The notes: generated by a model from the sequence alone, not told the origin. Shown: positions 41,411 through 54,124, counted from the stretch's first letter. The stretch: 64,000 nt of DNA from Octopus sinensis (GCF_006345805.1 NC_043013.1:51708001-51772000), one strand, 5' to 3'. Made by a program: numbers and translations.

Positions 41411-44400
41411 ACCCACCCACATCAGCAAAACTGAGTTCTAGAGGTGGTGTGCATCCCAGCCACACCTAACAAGAAAACTGTAAAGTGGCTGGTGTCTGGA
41501 AGGGCATCCAGCTGTAAAAACCTTACCAAAACTGACCTTACCATTGCTTATGCCACATAAAAAGCACTAAGTCCACTGTGCTGAGTGATTGGTGTTAGGA
41601 AGGGCATCCAGCAAGAAAAATCCTGCCAAAACAGTCACAAGGCTTCGGCCTGGCCAGCTCTTGTGGTACTCTCCCACCCATGCTTGCATGGAACAGGAAC
41701 GTTAAATGATGATGATGATAACTGTTAAATAGTTAACTATGCACATGCATACTTACGAAGATGTGCAAACATGCAGAGATACACATACACAAACTTACAC
41801 ACACACATATATATACATTCACAAACACAGATATATAGACATAATTACACCCAGGTAATATAACTAACGCTTTCTATTAACCCTTTTAGCATTTAAAACA
41901 GACCAAATATGTTGCCTTTTTTATGTTCAAACTGGTCAGATCCAGCCTCTCACACCTACCCTACAATGTCTTTCTAAAAACAATCACATTACAGAAATCA
42001 CGAAGCCACAAGATGATGCATGATTAATTCACAAATGACCGGGATCCTTAGTAATATGCTGTGTTTGAGAAGAACCATCAAGCCAAATGAAATCATAGTC
42101 ATGGCACATAAAAGCACTCATTGCACTCTCAGGGTGGTTGGCGTTAGGAAGGGCATCCAGCCATAGAAACTATGCCGAATCAGACTGGAGTCTGGTGCTG
42201 CCCCTCAGCTTACCAGACCTGATCAAACACATATTTCATATTAAATATTCATGATTGAATCCATATGATATGACTGGATTTATATTACTCTTTTACTTGT
42301 TTCAGTCATTTGACTGCGGCCATGCTGGAGCACCGCCTTTAGTCGAGCAAATCGACCCCGGAACTTATTCTTTGTAAGCCTAGTACTTATTCTATTGGTC
42401 TCTTTTGCCGAACCGCTAAGTGACGGGGACGTAAACACACCAGCATCAGTTGTCAAGCAATTCTAGGGGGACAAACACAGACACACAAACATATACATAC
42501 ACATACATATATATATATACATATATACGATGGGCTTCTTTCAGTTTCCGTCTACCAAATCCACTCACAAGGCTTTAGTCGGCCCGAGGCTATAGTAGAA
42601 GACACTTGCCCAAGGTGTCACGCAGTGGGACTGAACACGGAACCATGTGGTTGGTTAGCAAGCTACTTACCACACAGCCACTCATGCACCTATTATGGGT
42701 ATTTTTGTTAAATTTCTTTAAATATTTCTTGTGGCTGTGTGGTAAGCAGTTTACTTCCCAACCACAGGGTTCTGTGTTCAGTCCCACGATGTGGCACCTT
42801 GAGCAAGTGTCTTCTATCACATAACTTCTTGCCACACAGCCACATGTGTGTTAGTGTGTGTGTGTGTGTAATTAACAGTTTCACTGTCCATCAGTAATGA
42901 AGTGTTTATAAACATGGTAGTGATGGTCATGATGGGAGTGGTGGTGGTGTTGGTAGATAATCCTTACAACTAATCTCAGTACACATTATAGCCTTAATCT
43001 TAGCCTTAAAGCTAATCTGCTATAATTAGCATCACAGTAATTGTGGTTAATTAAGCTACCTCTATATTTTGTAGTGTGTTCCCAATAAAAAAAATAAAAT
43101 CTGTGAGAAATTTGTTTTTCTCCTGCATTTAAATCCTCTGAATTTAGTTGCCTCTCTCTCTCTCCTTTTCTCTTTCTCTCTCTCTTTCCCTTTCTCTCTC
43201 TCTCTCTCCCTTTCTCTCCTTTTCTCTTTCTCTCTCTCTTTCCCTTTCTCTCTCTCTCCCTTTCTCTTTCTCCTTTTCTCTTTCTCTCTTCCTTTCCCAT
43301 TTCATCTCTCTCTTTATATCTCTTCCCCTTCTCTTTCATCCACATTTTCTCTCTTTGTCTCTACATCTCCCCCTTCTCTAAGCCTCTCTCACCCTCTTAC
43401 TTTCTCCTTTTTCTCTCTCACTTCCTCTTTCTCTCATATACACACATTTTTTTTCTATGTGGTGGGTGGATTGATTGGTCAAATACTAATCTATTAATGA
43501 GGTTAATTTAATTGATGGAACAATCTAGATGGGTGGGGTGAGAGGTTGCAATTTGAAGGTGATGGCCACTGTCCTTCCAGATTCAGCAAGTAAAAAAGAA
43601 AGAAAAACAAAATTTTAATAATTCTATTGACACCCCCCATCCTCTTCCCCACCCCACCCTCACCCCCAAATAAAAGACAAATTTGATTTTGGTTGGATTT
43701 GAACTCGGAACATAAAGCTTCATGATTAAATAGCACAAGGCACTTTGTCTGATGCTCTCACGACTCTGCCATTCCACACTTGTAGTTATATTGATTGACA
43801 ATATGTGTTGGATGAGGCAGCAAGCTGGCAGAGTCGTTAGCATGCTGGAAAAAATGGTTTTTCTGACATTTCATTTGACTTTGTTCTGGGTTCAAATGTC
43901 ACCAGGGTTTGCTTTGTTTTTTTTTTTTTCATCTTTTTGGGGTCAATTAAATAAGTACCAGTTGTATACTAGGGTTTATGAAGATAGATTTCTTTATTGA
44001 CTACACAGGGCAGAACACAGAAGGGACAAAGTACAAAGTAGAGCTTTTCTTTTTGGGAAGAAGAGAAGGAAAAAGGAGAGTCGAATTCTGATCAAAAGGG
44101 ATCGTAAAAAAAAAAAAGGTGGGGACGATCAATAGGGATCGTGTAACTGGTAGAATCATTACCTTACTGGAAAAATGCTCAACAGCAGTTTCTTCTGACT
44201 TTATGTTCTGGGTTCAAATCCCACTGGGATTAACTTTGTCTTTCATCTCTTCAGGGTCAAAATAAATACCAGTTATATACTGGGGTTTAAAAGGTGGCAG
44301 CTGGCAGAATCATTACCACACCAGAAAAAGTGCTTAACAGCATTTCTTCTGATTTTACATTCTGGGTTCAAATCCCACTAAGGTCAACTTCAATTTTTCA

Positions 44401-46247
44401 TGTATTTGGGGTCAATAAAATAAGTGAGGATGTTGATGTAATCCACTTGCCCCCCCCCAAATTGCTGGCCTTGAGCTGAAATTTGAAATCATCATGTCTA
44501 TGTTGGATGCTCAACCGATTTAGTTAGGCAGATACTGTGCTAGCTCTTTGACCCTCAGATTTACACGCATCACTGGAGAACCACGTTTTGATGCTTGTTT
44601 TTGTTGTTGTTGATGATGTTGCTGTTGTCATTGTTTAACCTTGGCTGAGCAGACACTGGATCAGAGATATTCCAACTGTGACCACCCTGTTTGTTTAAAG
44701 CTATATACATATATGTATGTATTTATGTGTGTATATATATTATATATATATATTACTCTTTTACTTGTTTCAGTCATTTGACTGGCCATGCTGGAGCACC
44801 ACCTTTAGTCGAGAAAATCGTCCCCAGGACTTATTCTTTGTAAGCCTAGTACTTAATCTATCGGTCTCTTTTGCCAAACCGCTAAGTTACAGGGACATAA
44901 ACACACCAGCATCGGTTGTCAAGCGATGTTGGGGGGACAAACATATACACACATGCATATATATATATATATATATATATACACACGACAGGCTTCTTTC
45001 AGTTTCCGTCTACCAAATCCACTCACAAGGCTTTGGTCCTTCTGAGTCTATAGTAGAAGACACTTGCCCAAACTGCCATGCAGTGGGACTGAACCCGGAA
45101 CCATGTGGTTGGTAAGCAAGCTACTTACCACACAGCCACTCCTATGCCTATGTGTGTGTATATATATATATACACACACACACACACATACTCACACACA
45201 TAGATGAAACACATATATTGAGTTCTGCGTTAGGTTATTAGACTCACAATGTGTAAGCAATATATATCTCAGAGAGAAAGGTGTGTGTGTAACATGGTAT
45301 TAAGAATATACCAAATTTTTCTAGTCTCTTTTTTTGATACATACATGCATATGTTGGCCTTCCACACAGTGTCTGTGTGTCAGTTTCACTCACAGAGCAT
45401 TGGCCAGTCTGGCGCTTTAGTAGAAGACATTTGCTCGCAAGGTATCACACAGTGGGACTGAACCCAGAACTACATGGTCAGCAAGCAAGCTTCTTAACCA
45501 GTGGGCCCATACCTGCACGATACATTTAAAGGGAGTGTGTGTTGTGAGATCTGTAAGCAGAGGTGAGGTTACAGTTTCCCCTCAAACTGGGGGTAGAGCA
45601 AAATATTTAAAGGAATATATTTGTAGCGAGGTTTATAAGTTGGGGTAGGGGTGGGGGCTACGGTAGGTAGGGGGGAGAGTTGTGAGGATGGATTTGATTA
45701 ATTACATTGACACATTCTCTCTCTCTCACGGCAGTTTTGTTTGTTTATACTTCTTGTATTGTTAGTTTCCAGATTATTAAATATAGGGCTGGGGTGGGGT
45801 GGGGTGGTAGTTGCGGAGGTGGTGGGGTGCGAAAGTACAAGTTTGTAGGGGGCAGGTGGGCGTGGGAATTGTTATAGTTTGAATGAAATTGCATTGTGTG
45901 TACATTCACACACACATTCTTACTTTTTTTCTTTTATTCTTTTACTTGTCTCAGCCATGCTGGAGCACCGTCTTTAGTTGAACTAATCGACCCCAGGACT
46001 TATTCGATCAGTATCTTTTGCCGAACTGTTTCGGGGACATAAACACACCAACATCAGTTGTCAAGCGATGGTGGGGTGGGGGGACAAACACAAACACACA
46101 AATACATACGGTAAGTAGCTTGTTTACCAACCACATAGTCCTGGTTTCAGTTCCACTCTGTGGCACCTTGGGCAAGTGTCTTCTACTATAGCCTTGGGCC
46201 AATCAAAGCCTTGTGAATGGATATGGTAGATGGAAACTGAAAGAAGC

Positions 46248-46298
<51 letters not shown>

Positions 46299-47125
46299 TT
46301 GTGTTCTGTGTTTGTGCCCCCACCATCACTTGACAACCGATGTTGGTGTGTTTCCATCCCTGTAATCTAGCATTTCGGCAATAGAGACCGGTAGAATAAG
46401 TACTAGGCTTACAAAGAATCAGTCCTGGGGTCAATTTGTTCAACTAATAATGGTGCTCCAGCATGGTCACAGTCAACTGACTGAAACAAATAAAAGAATA
46501 CAATGGGCTTCTTTCAGTTTCCATCTACCAAATTCACTCACATGGCTTTGGTCGGCCCAAGGCTATAGTAGAAGACACTTGCCCTAGGTGTCACCATGCA
46601 GTGAGACTGAACCCGGAACCATGTGGTTGGGAAGCAAACTTCAAACCACACGGCCTATATTTATCTTTTATCTTTTACTTGTTTAACTCATTAGTCTGTA
46701 ACCATGCTGGAGCACCACCATTAGTTGAACAAATCAACCCCTGGACTTATTTCTTTTTTCTTTTAATCCTGGAACCTATATCAATCTCTTTTTGCCAAAC
46801 TGCTAAGTTATGGGTATGTAAAGAAACCAACATGAGTTGTCAACTTGTGGTGGGGAACAAACACACACACTCTCTCTCTCTCCTCCTTTCTTTCTCTCCC
46901 TCATCTCTCTCTCTCTCACACACACACACACATGTGATAGGTTTCTTTCAGTTTCGGTCCACTAAATCCACTCACAAACCTTTAGTCAGCTGGGCGCTAT
47001 TGTAGAAGACAATTGGCACCACACAACGGAACTGAACCCAGAACCATGTGGTTGAGAAGCAAGCTTCTTACCACACAGCCACACCTATATATACACATGT
47101 ACATACATAGATATATACATATAAG

Positions 47126-47415
47126 CAACTTATAAATAAGGGCAAACGAAAAAATTTCTAATGCCAAATATGCCGAAAATTGGACATATTGTCCATTTAC
47201 CATATAATTTTTTTCCCCGAAGGGAGGGTTCTTTTTTGAACTAACCCTGAAATCGGTCCGATATGGTAATAATGGAATTTTTTAGAGATTTCTGTCGAAC
47301 TTTTTTCGAGTAGTGTGCATACTAGAAAAAAAATTATATGGTAAATGGACAATATGTCCAATTTTCGGCATATTTGGCATTAGAAATTTTTTCGTTTGCC
47401 CTTATTTATAAGTTG
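47126..47415. repeat. ~90-bp near-perfect inverted repeat with a ~110-bp spacer
   Basis: 47126-47215 is the reverse complement of 47325-47415 apart from one base in a poly-A/T run. Confidence 0.92.
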
Positions 47416-47498
47416 TTTATAATTTAACCTTTAAAGGTATTTTTTAATATGCTGGCCATTGATAAAATTTTTTTCGAAAAAATGTTATCCTACATTAG

Positions 47499-47557
<59 letters not shown>

Positions 47558-48404
47558 GCCCGCATATGAATGGTTTTTCTGAAGAAAATTAAACTAGCAT
47601 AATGAATTGAAGTTTAACGAATGAACCACAATCAGGTTACACATGTATATAAGTGGCTGAGTACCCATTAGCCTTGCAAGCTGAAATTTGATCCAACAAG
47701 CCATGAGTAGACACATATTAGCCATTCAAAGGCAGTCCAAGACTGTTAACTCTGCTTCTACCTGACTTTGCTGCTTGCCAGATCCTATCAAAGCATCCAT
47801 CTCGTGCCAGTCTGGAAAATGGACAACAAATAATGAGGATTACTTAGAGACTGGAATGCACCCGGCTATTTGTATGATTTGGAAGCACCAGCTGAGGCTG
47901 TTTGGCCATGTTGCTTGATTTTCGGAGTTAGACCCTGCTTATTGTGTTCTCTTCACTGAGGGTCCAGTAGGTCGATGGTTCATGTTGGTCGACCACATGC
48001 CACATGGTCGTGACAGATGAGGGAGTATCTTGAGGAGATGGAAACTGATTGGGATTCTGCACAGGAATATACTGATAAATGTTGAATGCAGCAATGCACA
48101 GCAATGATGCCTGACCCTCACCTGACCTTACCTGACCTGACCTCATAATACAGTATGTGTGCATGTCAAAGGTTGTCTGGCAGAAATCCTGGCTATCCCC
48201 CCCCCCCGTATCAAACATCATTTTAAATTATGGTACTCGTTAGTTTTGTTTTTAGTAACAACATATTTTTACAAGAAGAAAAGAAAGGAAAAAATAACAT
48301 CTGAAGTATAAAGGATGAAATTATCAAGAGAAAAATCCCTATAACTACCTCACCAAGAAAACAAAGAAAGAGAGAAAAAAAGGGTGGGTGTGGATTGAGC
48401 AGCA

Positions 48405-48545
48405 GACGATGAGGGTTGACATCATCAAGAGTGACACAGTAATGGACACAGCCAATCTGAAAGAAGCAACCCAGGATAGAACTGGCTGGAGGACACTGAT
48501 CCATCAAGTAACCGAGAATCGACTTCGACTGAGTGGATAGATAGA
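48405..48545 (+). pseudogene. RTE/BovB-like LINE extreme 3' end
   Basis: Reads DIIKSDTVMDTANLKEATQDRTGWRTLIHQVTENRLRLSG*, followed by a short (GATA)n tail. Confidence 0.6.
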
Positions 48546-49789
48546 TAGACATTCCCCACTTGAATGGGACACCAATCCATCATAGGATTACTCCATTTTG
48601 CCGACTGATTGGACTGGAGCAACGTGAAGTGAAGTGTTTTGCACAAGAACACAATGCATCGCCCGGTCCAGGAATTGAAACCACAGTCGTATGATCATGA
48701 GTCCAACACCCCTAACCACTAAGCTATGTGCCTCTACTTGCAGCCATAGCAGCACGATTGGAACCGGAGAATATGTCACATCATGTCACGTCCCAGATCC
48801 ATAATTTGAATGGTGGGACATTTCTTGTTGCACACACTGGATCAAGTGGGGTGGTGGACATTTTGCTTTTAGGGGTATTAGTTTGTGTGTAGTGATTGCA
48901 GTGGTGGTGGTGGTGGTGGTGGTGGCATTCGTTGATGGATGAGACGATGGCTGTGGCAGCAGTGATGATGTTGACAATGATGATGATGATGCAGAGGAGA
49001 ATTGCTATGATGTTGTTGGTGAATAACTATGACAACAACAACAACAATGGTTGTAATGTGTTGATGACAATGATGAGGGTGGCGGTGGTGTTGGCAGGGG
49101 TAATAATGCTGATAACTATGATGGTAATAATGATGATGATGTTGATAATGATGGTAGTGGTGATAATAATGGTGATGAGGATCAATAAGGTGGTGATGAT
49201 GATGATGATGATGGCATTGGTGATGATGATGATAGTGGTGATGGTGGAAGTACTCTTCTCTCTTTCTCCACCTCTCGCCTCTTCTTTGATCCATTTGATG
49301 TGTTTTTAATTGTGTTCTACCAATAGCAGGTTGTTGTTGTTTTTTTGGACGTAGGGGGACTGGGGGGGTGTCAGGAAGTGGGGGGGTGGAGGTGTAGGGT
49401 AGTGATGGTGACATGACTAAGCTATTTATGATAATAATATTGAAAACCTATATAAATAAATAATTTCGTAAAATTACAAACAACTACAACAACAACAACA
49501 GCAGATGGCAGAACAACAACCACTATCACTCCTACATGGAAATCTGTAACACCACCACTACCGCAAGAATAACAACTACTGCTGCTGCTACTACTATTAC
49601 TACTACTACAGTAACAGCCATCACTACTATGACAACCACCACAACTACTATGGCAGTAACAACAACAAAGAAAAAATAATCTCCATATTTTGAAGATTAA
49701 TTTCAGTAATAGGTGCTCTTTAACCCCCCCCCACTCACACACACACACAGACACACATTGTGCATCCACTTACTGTAACACCTTCACTG

Positions 49790-49883
49790 ACCCCTTATAT
49801 CTACCTATCTATCTGTTCATCTATCTCTTTATCTTCCTGTCAATCTGTCTGTCTATCTATCTATCTATCTATGTATCTGTCTG

Positions 49884-49922
<39 letters not shown>

Positions 49923-49965
49923 GTCTATCTATCTATCTACCTGTCTATCTGTCTATGTATCTCTG

Positions 49966-50004
<39 letters not shown>

Positions 50005-50069
50005 GTCTATCTGTCTATGTATCTCTGTCTATCTATCTATCTATCTGTCTATCTGTCTATGTATCTCTG

Positions 50070-50116
<47 letters not shown>

Positions 50117-50149
50117 GTCTATGTATGTATGTATCTATCTATCTATCTG

Positions 50150-50192
<43 letters not shown>

Positions 50193-50261
50193 GTCTATGT
50201 ATGTATCCATCTATCTATCTGTCTATCTATCTGTCTATCTATCTGTCTATCTATCTATCTG

Positions 50262-50312
<51 letters not shown>

Positions 50313-50313
50313 G

Positions 50314-50348
<35 letters not shown>

Positions 50349-50400
50349 GTCTATCTGTCTGTCTCTCTGTCTGTCTATCTATCTAGCTAGCTAGCTAGCT
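49790..50400. repeat. Large (TCTA)n/(TCTG)n tetranucleotide microsatellite
   Basis: About 600 bp of ATCT repeats; source of the SIYL ORFs. Confidence 0.97.
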
Positions 50401-51071
50401 GTCTGTCTGTCCGTTTGTCCGGCTATCTTTTTATACTTTTATCTCTCTGTATATGTATCTATTTGTCAATGTATTTATCATTTCTCTCTCTCTCTCTCTC
50501 TCAGGACACCCTCATCTACTGTACCCCACTCTTGCCCACAAAACCACACATTGTGTACCTACTATACCCCACTACAATCACTTTAACAGCACCCACCCAC
50601 TGCCACCCATTTTCTCACCTACCCTTAGTACACCCCATACCTAGTGCACTGCCACCCTCATTCACTGTGCCCACCCATAAGCACTTTTACACTCACATCA
50701 CCCCTACTTTAACTCACCCCAACCCCGCTAATGTATCAACACCAACCCATCTTTTACCACAATTCTGGTACCCCACCCACACCAAAGTAAATCACCCCCA
50801 CAACCAGTGTTCCACCTCTCAGATATTTAACATTTTACCTGATGAGTAATCTGAAGACGGTGCTTAAGAAATTACACCCCCAGATAATGTTTTTGGTAAA
50901 GGGGGTACCTGTTGACACCTTACAAGTGGTACCCACACCCTTTTTTTTTCCTCTTCATATCAACCATGTTTGATACCCATGCTCACTTACCCCACTACTA
51001 CTACTAATACTACTGCTGCATAAACATATATTTATATCTTTGGCAGCTGAGAATCATCTGTTACAGGTACT

Positions 51072-51127
51072 GGAACTGCTAGATCACATGATTTCGGCCT
51101 ACCAAGTCTCTTCAGTGGTAGATGTCC
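51072..51127 (-). ncRNA. Degenerate type I hammerhead-like motif
   Basis: Minus strand: ctacca-CTGAAGA-gacttggtaggcc-GAAA-tca-tg-tga-T-C-tagcag. Core intact, stems I and II contain mismatches. Confidence 0.5.
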
Positions 51128-51423
51128 AATAGCGATAACAGCCAAGCCGCTGTGGAGACTGGGCTGATCAAAAACACACAATTCATGCAGTAGCAGCATG
51201 ATAAATTGATAGTATATTGTCAACTTAAATTGAGTGTCCCATAAAAGAGAAGAATGCTACTGTTATTTAACCCTAGGATATACCATTTCCTGTTGGACTT
51301 GACACATTTCCTGAGAAATTTAGAAATATATTATTTCTATTTTCAAAACTCAGAGACTGTATTTCACTTCAGATATATGCTTTCAAAGGTGGATAGGCAT
51401 CGACAGCCAGCAAGCCATGCTAC

Positions 51424-51466
51424 TCCAGACTGATGATGAGCAATGACTCTGAAACTAGTCTCTGGG
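51424..51466 (+). ncRNA. Type I hammerhead ribozyme motif, copy 1
   Basis: tccaga-CTGATGA-tgag-caatga-ctct-GAAAC-ta-GT-C-tctggg. GUC triplet with predicted cleavage after 51460; palindromic ACTAGT helix III. Confidence 0.75.
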
Positions 51467-51772
51467 TGCTAGCTCTGCTAGGTGGAGGTGCTTATAGCTC
51501 CTTTGAAAACATAAGGACACAGGAAATGTGTCAAGTCCAACAGGAAATGGTGTTTCCTTGGGCTAAATAACAGTAGCATTCTTCCCTTTCATGGGACTGT
51601 CACATTAAGTTGACAACATACCATCACTTTATCGTGCTGCTACTGCATAAATCTCTCTGAGAGATTTAGAAATATATTATTTCTATTTTCAAAAATCAGT
51701 GAATGTATTTCACTTGAATTATTATATGTTTACAAAGGTGGGTAGGCATTGACAGCCAGCAAGCCATGCTAC

Positions 51773-51815
51773 TCCAGACTGATGAGGAGCAAATACTCTG
51801 AAACTAGCCTCTGGA
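51773..51815 (+). ncRNA. Type I hammerhead ribozyme motif, copy 2 (U16.1 to C variant)
   Basis: tccaga-CTGATGA-ggag-caaata-ctct-GAAAC-ta-GC-C-tctgga. Stem I extends as ccagca/tgctgg. Confidence 0.7.
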
Positions 51816-53398
51816 TGCTGGGTGGAGGTGCTTGTCTTCACTTTGAAAACATAAGGACACAGGAAATGTATCCAGTCCAACAGGAAACGGTGTTTCCTAG
51901 GGCTAAATAACAGTAGCATTCTTCCCTTTTATGGGACTGTCACATTAAGTTGACAACATGCTATTACATCATAGTTTCCTGGGTGTTGCAAATATTGCAC
52001 ACTATAAAATCGTTGCCAGAGCGGCTGACTGGCTTCTGTGCCTGACTGGCCCCCATGCCAATGGCACGTAAAAAGCACCCACTACACTCTCGGAGTGGTT
52101 GGCATTAGGAAGGGCATCCAGCTGTAGAAACTCTGCTAGATCGAGATTCGAGCCTGGTGCAGCATCTGGTTTGCCAGCCCTCAGTCAAAATCGTCCAACC
52201 CATGCTAGCATGGAAAGCAGACATTAAACGATGATGATGATAGACATAGCAGATAATATGTAAAATCACATTAGATATGAATATATATATTATGTGTGTG
52301 TGTGTGTGTGTGTGTGAAGGCACATGGCTCAGTGGTTAGAGTGTTGAGCTTACGATTGCCAGGTTGTGAGTTCGATTCCCAGACCAGGCTGCGTGTTGTG
52401 TTCTTGAGTAAGACACTTTATTCCACGTTGCTCCAATTCACTCAGCTGTGGAAATGAGTTGTGACATCACTGGTGCCAAACTGTAATGGCCTTTTTTTTG
52501 TCTTTCCCTTGGGTAACATCGGTGGCATGGAGAGGGGAAGCCGATATGCATGAGCGACTGCTGGTCTTCCATAAAAACAACCTTAGGTTGTGCGTCCACT
52601 GGTGAGGCAACTTCCTGCCCTGGCTTGACCCCCGGAGGGGAACCTCTTAAGTGCACCCATGGTCATTCGTGACCAATGGAATTGAGTCATATATATGTGT
52701 ATGTATGTGTATGGATCTATACGAGAATATATGTATATATGTATGCATATATCTAAATATACACATATAGTATGTATGTGTGTGTGTATATGTATGTATG
52801 TATATATATATATATGTATGTACGTGTGTGTTTGTATATGTGTATAGATATATATATGTATGTGTGCACATATGTATGGATTAGGAGTAGGAGGGGGAAA
52901 GAATCGTTTAGAGTCACTTAGAGAGAGGGAGTGGTAGGGGTGGGTAAAAACTTCACGCCCCCTACCTTTAATTTGGTCTCCCCTTTTGTGTTCAGGTGAC
53001 TACCATTAGTTTGTTACATCAATAGACCAACTTCTTCCCCCCCACCACCACCATTTAACTATGTCAGCTGTTGTTGTTGTTATTGTTTATGGTGGTGGTT
53101 TGTGGAGTTTACTTTGATGTTCTGATGATCGTTACATTGTGTATGTGTGTGTGTGTGTGTGTGTGTGTTTGTGAGAATGAGTAATATTGAAAGCTTTGTT
53201 TAGTGCGTTTCTCTATGTGTGAGTCAGTGTAGTGTGTGTGTGTGTTCTATGGGGGGGGGGCATGTCTGCTCAACCCCCAAAAAGCATAATTTATTCACGC
53301 GTGTCATTTTTGTATGTCAATTTGTTTATATATTATATATATATGTACATGTGTGTGTGTATGAGTATGCATATATATAAATTTATGTTATGTATGTA

Positions 53399-53442
<44 letters not shown>

Positions 53443-53578
53443 GAAACTCTCAGACCTTGAGTCACTCTATTCTGCTAAATATTACTAAAAAATATACATA
53501 CACTCATACTTTGAGTTCTATTTTTCCTGTTTGCATCAGCGCACGCACGCACACACACACACACACGCACACACACAC

Positions 53579-53620
<42 letters not shown>

Positions 53621-53744
53621 CCAAGCAACCCCTGTTTTATTTGTTTATTGCCCTCCCTTTAAGCTATAAAGTCATCAAAGGACTCTAAGTTGAAGGGGAT
53701 GGTCATTAGTAGATTTGATGGACAGCTATAAACATATACATAAA

Positions 53745-54124
53745 CTAGCAGTATCGCCCGGCATTGCTCAGGTTTGTTTCGACCCTTTAGAATTGGAATT
53801 TTTGAAAAGTAAAAATTTTGCTTTATGTAGCTAGTTATTCTCTTTAAGTGAACATTTTTCTGGTTGAAATACACCGAAAAATGGTGACAGCCCTAAAAAA
53901 ATTGGGATTTTCATAGAAAAAGAGCACCTTTTTGATGTAAATAATTTTTGGTGTTAACATGATCCGATTTGAATTTTTTCTTCTGTGGAAGGAAGAGCAA
54001 ACCTTCTTCTATCATACTCTCAATTTTGGTCAACTTGCACCGCAGGGTCTCGGAGGAGATAGAGTTAGTTGAAGGCTACCAAACCTGCCATACACAGACA
54101 ACTTCAGCTTTATATATAGAGAGA
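53745..54124 (-). mobile_element. Non-autonomous Helitron (same termini as 26989-27501, different interior)
   Basis: + strand begins a|ctagcagtatcgcccggcattgctcagg and ends cagctttatatatagagaga|t. Confidence 0.75.

Larger units (their letters stand above)
51181..51960 (+). mobile_element. Retrozyme-like element: inverted partial copy plus ~1.9 tandem ~349-nt units, each with a type I hammerhead
   Basis: Unit 1 ~51311-51656 and unit 2 ~51657-51960 align throughout. 51181-51312 is the reverse complement of ~51520-51652. Confidence 0.8.

Noticed and set aside
45640-45830. G-run clusters able to form G-quadruplexes
   Set aside because: G-rich low-complexity patches are common throughout the window and nothing indicates function.
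49690-50394. 234-aa and 208-aa SIYL-repeat ORFs
   Set aside because: (TCTA)n microsatellite artefacts.
50830-50880. CTGATGA and CTGAAGA close together
   Set aside because: No consistent helix II, GAAA, helix III and NUH arrangement could be built.
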